Shown: positions 61,600 through 64,000 of the stretch, piece after piece
Position numbering within the stretch: position 1 is the first letter of the stretch
Layout: the number at the start of each line of letters is the position of its first letter
From: Eubacteriales bacterium
Lineage (GTDB): Bacteria; Bacillota; Clostridia; Oscillospirales; CAG-272
Assembly: GCA_045128735.1 (NCBI GenBank)
Contig: JBGVRT010000005.1
Location: 7,843 to 71,842, forward strand
Reading direction: 5' to 3'
Length of the DNA stretch: 64,000 nt
Position numbers and translations under genes: made by a program
Notes under the pieces: generated by a model
What the model was told of the DNA's origin: nothing
The model's database searches: none
Seen by the model: only the letters and a program-made list of their open reading frames with translations

Positions 61600-62529
61600 T
61601 TAAGCTGCTTTGTTTTCTACAAGTCGTTGCATAATGGTTGCACCCGCACGCAGAATGTTATCATCACCGTTATATCCGGAGATGTACCACTTCAGCGAAA
61701 TGGGGCGTCTGTCAGCCACCTGTGCAAGCGTCCAGCCCTTGCAAGAGCCGATGGGTACAATTAGTGCCCCCGCTTCTTCTACGGTCATACGAGCGCAAAT
61801 TTCATCCACAGCCATATCCTTTGTGTAAGGAAGCTCTGTTTCTTCTTCGCGGATCTCGGTAACCTCGGGAGTCGCTGCATCGGTTGTAGTAACAACAGTT
61901 TCATCGGCAGAAGCTTCTTCGGATAATACTTTAGGAATAACCTCTTCGGGAGCCTCATCGGTCGCTTCGGAAACAGCATCCGTAATGGTTGCTTGTTCCA
62001 AATTTACAGAGGTATTTTCTGCAACAAGAGCTTCTGCTACCGTGGGCATTTCCTCAGCCTTAGCAACTGTTTCTGTCTTATCTGCTACAGACGGAGCTTC
62101 AACAGCTTTTTCGACCTTTACAGAGTTCTCCTGCGAAATATTCTTGTCAGCATTGGCGGGAATAAACTGAATTCCGAATCCTGCGGAGGACAATGCTTCA
62201 TCAATGGCACTGTGCTGCGCCATTTCAATGTAGAGTCCGCCGGGGGTGGTTTTGTTTTCCCGCTGAGAAACAAAGCTTGAAACGGGTGCCGAGTCGTTCT
62301 TGTCAAAATACACCCTTGCCTCAATAATGGCAAGCTGATCGGTGATCTTAAGTGCGGACAACTTGATTCTACCGTTTGGATATTTGAGCCTGAACCAAAG
62401 CTTTTTTATGCTTAAGTCAAGCTTCGGACCGTCCTTGGTCTTGCGCAGGAATCTCGTGGGGTCAAAGCCCTTTACACGATTCAGCTCGGATACTACAGGG
62501 ATTGCATTGTACATAGTGGTTTCATTCAT
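61600..62529 (-). CDS. Hypothetical protein, possibly a Rad52/Sak-like single-strand annealing protein
   Basis: EMAQHSAIDEALSSAGFGIQF resembles the conserved KxAxxxALKRAxxxFGxG helix of Rad52-type SSAPs. It has an acidic low-complexity linker and lies between the helicase and primase genes. Confidence 0.3.
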   Translation of the reverse strand: MNETTMYNAIPVVSELNRVKGFDPTRFLRKTKDGPKLDLSIKKLWFRLKYPNGRIKLSALKITDQLAIIEARVYFDKNDSAPVSSFVSQRENKTTPGGLYIEMAQHSAIDEALSSAGFGIQFIPANADKNISQENSVKVEKAVEAPSVADKTETVAKAEEMPTVAEALVAENTSVNLEQATITDAVSEATDEAPEEVIPKVLSEEASADETVVTTTDAATPEVTEIREEETELPYTKDMAVDEICARMTVEEAGALIVPIGSCKGWTLAQVADRRPISLKWYISGYNGDDNILRAGATIMQRLVENKAA

Positions 62530-62595
62530 TTTCTTAAACTCCTCTCAATAAATAAATAGGAGATACCTCTGACTATCTCTTCAGAAATATCTCAT

Positions 62596-64000
62596 TTAAC
62601 TAACTTTTTTTAATTTTTCCTGTTCGGTAGCAAAGGCAGTTAAGTATTTACCTATGCGTTCACCGAGTAATGTATTGCGTTTGCCCGTATCGTTCTTGTG
62701 AATTGCCATAAACAGCATACCTTTTTCACCAACCAGAATTACTCTGCGCTTTGCACGGGTAATGGCGGTATAAATAAGATTGCGTTTCAGCATAATTGCG
62801 TGACTTCTTATCACCGGGATGATTACGATATCGTATTCCGAACCCATCGCCTTGTGAATCGTTGTGGCATAGGCGTGTTCAATGTAGCCCATATCCTCAA
62901 GTCCGTATTCCACAATTCTGTCGGAGCCGAAATCTATCGTAACCTTCATCTCATTCTTGTCGTCCGTGGCAATCTTACGGATAAATCCGATGTCGCCGTT
63001 AGATGCCTTTGCGTTGTTTTTGGTCTGCATTACTTTGTCGTTCTCTCTGAAAAAGCGGCTGCCGATCTTGAGGTCAGGGATCTCTTCGTCTTGAATGGGA
63101 TTTACCAGTTCACGAATTGTTCTGTTCAGCTGATCAACTGCCGTCAGTCCTTCACTACGGAAGGGAGATAGGATCTGTACGTGCTCGATTCCGAAATGCG
63201 CTACCTGTTCACAGAAATGCTGACAAATAATATCTGCCGCTTCTTCTTGGGTTTTGCACTTGAGAAATACAAAGTCATCACCGTAATACAGATTGGTGCT
63301 GTCCTCATTGATGCTCTTGGCATTGTGTGCGATTAAGCTGTCCTTCTTTTGACGGAATATCTCATTCAGCACAGTAACGGGTATCTTGCCGCAATTTATC
63401 AGCTCGCGGAATACGTCTCCCGCACCGACACTTTGGAGCTGATCCACGTCGCCGACCAAAATGACCTTTGTTGTGGCCTTGAGCCGACTGAAAAACTGCT
63501 TTGCAAGCCACATATCGATCATTGAACTCTCGTCCACGATAATCAGGTCTGCATCAAGCGGCTCTTGGTTTTTATCACGGACAAATCCGCTTTCGCCAAG
63601 CAATCCTAAAAGGCTGTGCAAGGTTTTGGCATCATTTCTGCCTGTACTTTCCGCCATTCGTCTACTTGCTCGTCCCGTAGGTGCTGCCAACAGTATTTTG
63701 CGGTCAGGGTAGATTCGCGAGAACACCTCTATAATGGCTCTGAGGACGGTTGTTTTACCTGTACCGGGAGAACCTGTAATAATAGAGAGATTACTGCGAA
63801 ATGCCATATAAACCGCCTCACTCTGCCTTTGCGACAAAGCAATACCGAGGTTCTGCCTGATGGATTCGAGCACTGCTCCAATATCAAGGCTTTCGGGGGG
63901 AACTGCAAGCATCTGAGCGATTTTTCTTGCCGTTTCATCTTCTTGAGAGAAACAAGCTTTTTGATAAATACGCCCTTTGTTGCTTACGATCTCGCCGTTC
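62596..64000 (-). CDS. RecD-like (superfamily 1) DNA helicase, N-terminus outside window
   Basis: GSPGTGKTT (Walker A), LIIVDESSMID (Walker B), VGDVDQLQSVGAG, TIHKAMGSEYD and TAITRAKRRV. The frame stays open from 63912 to the window edge. Confidence 0.8.
   Translation of the reverse strand, partial: NGEIVSNKGRIYQKACFSQEDETARKIAQMLAVPPESLDIGAVLESIRQNLGIALSQRQSEAVYMAFRSNLSIITGSPGTGKTTVLRAIIEVFSRIYPDRKILLAAPTGRASRRMAESTGRNDAKTLHSLLGLLGESGFVRDKNQEPLDADLIIVDESSMIDMWLAKQFFSRLKATTKVILVGDVDQLQSVGAGDVFRELINCGKIPVTVLNEIFRQKKDSLIAHNAKSINEDSTNLYYGDDFVFLKCKTQEEAADIICQHFCEQVAHFGIEHVQILSPFRSEGLTAVDQLNRTIRELVNPIQDEEIPDLKIGSRFFRENDKVMQTKNNAKASNGDIGFIRKIATDDKNEMKVTIDFGSDRIVEYGLEDMGYIEHAYATTIHKAMGSEYDIVIIPVIRSHAIMLKRNLIYTAITRAKRRVILVGEKGMLFMAIHKNDTGKRNTLLGERIGKYLTAFATEQEKLKKVS

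Larger units (their letters stand above)
1..64000. mobile_element. Segment of a Firmicutes/Clostridia-type conjugative element (ICE or conjugative plasmid); both boundaries outside the window
   Basis: VirB4-like and VirD4/TraG-like ATPases, Tad-type pilus genes, SSB, primase, RecD-like helicase, PcfJ/PcfK-like genes and a tyrosine recombinase are present. No housekeeping, rRNA or tRNA genes recognised. Confidence 0.75.

Noticed and set aside
1-64000. Prophage interpretation, prompted by the DUF5131/Gp37-like, DUF932-like, AP2-domain, SSB, primase and recombinase genes.
   Set aside because: No terminase, portal, capsid, tail or lysis genes were recognised, while VirB4, VirD4 and PcfJ/K-type genes are present. 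A conjugative element fits better.
1-64000. Scan for CRISPR arrays, tRNA/rRNA genes and IS elements with terminal inverted repeats.
   Set aside because: I saw no regularly spaced 25-40-bp direct repeats with unique spacers, no cloverleaf-like or rRNA-like segments, and no transposase-like ORFs. The 23-bp repeats at 20644-20735 have no spacers and are iteron-like.

Overview
This 64-kb window appears to be part of a Gram-positive (Clostridia-like) conjugative element, either an ICE or a plasmid. Both ends lie outside the window. I recognised no rRNA, tRNA, CRISPR array or housekeeping gene. It falls into four blocks. (1) 1-17.2 kb is one tightly packed + strand operon. It joins a Tad/Flp-type pilus machinery (CpaB end, TadZ-like, CpaF, TadB/TadC-like, two pseudopilin-like proteins) and a 1318-aa repeat adhesin to T4SS genes (a VirB3/PrgI-position protein, VirB4, VirD4). 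(2) 17.2-34.9 kb is a + strand establishment or leading-region-like block: S1-domain protein, small ORFs, an AAA/DUF4143-like ATPase behind iteron-like repeats, SSB, DUF932-like, sigma factor, MTase-SNF2 fusion, DUF5131-like, XRE and SLOG-like genes. (3) 35.0-53.2 kb is a cargo island. It starts with a small tyrosine recombinase next to three palindromic sites that bracket a consensus promoter (a candidate invertible switch), followed by TetR. It then carries a SipW/TasA-like fibre locus: a five-domain TasA-like membrane protein, a TasA-like subunit, SipW, and three 632-990 aa modular proteins. Those three share a SipW-type signal and a TasA-like N-module but carry different beta-helix passengers. 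AP2-domain regulators and a sigma-like pair follow. (4) 53.2-64 kb is a minus-strand block: metallopeptidase, Zn-ribbon protein, PcfJ-like, PcfK-like, primase, a possible annealing protein, and a RecD-like helicase that runs off the window. My best candidate for an undescribed system is the recombinase/switch-associated SipW-TasA-like adhesin-display locus. The second is the Tad pilus-adhesin-T4SS operon fusion. All family names come from motif recognition by eye, not from database searches.
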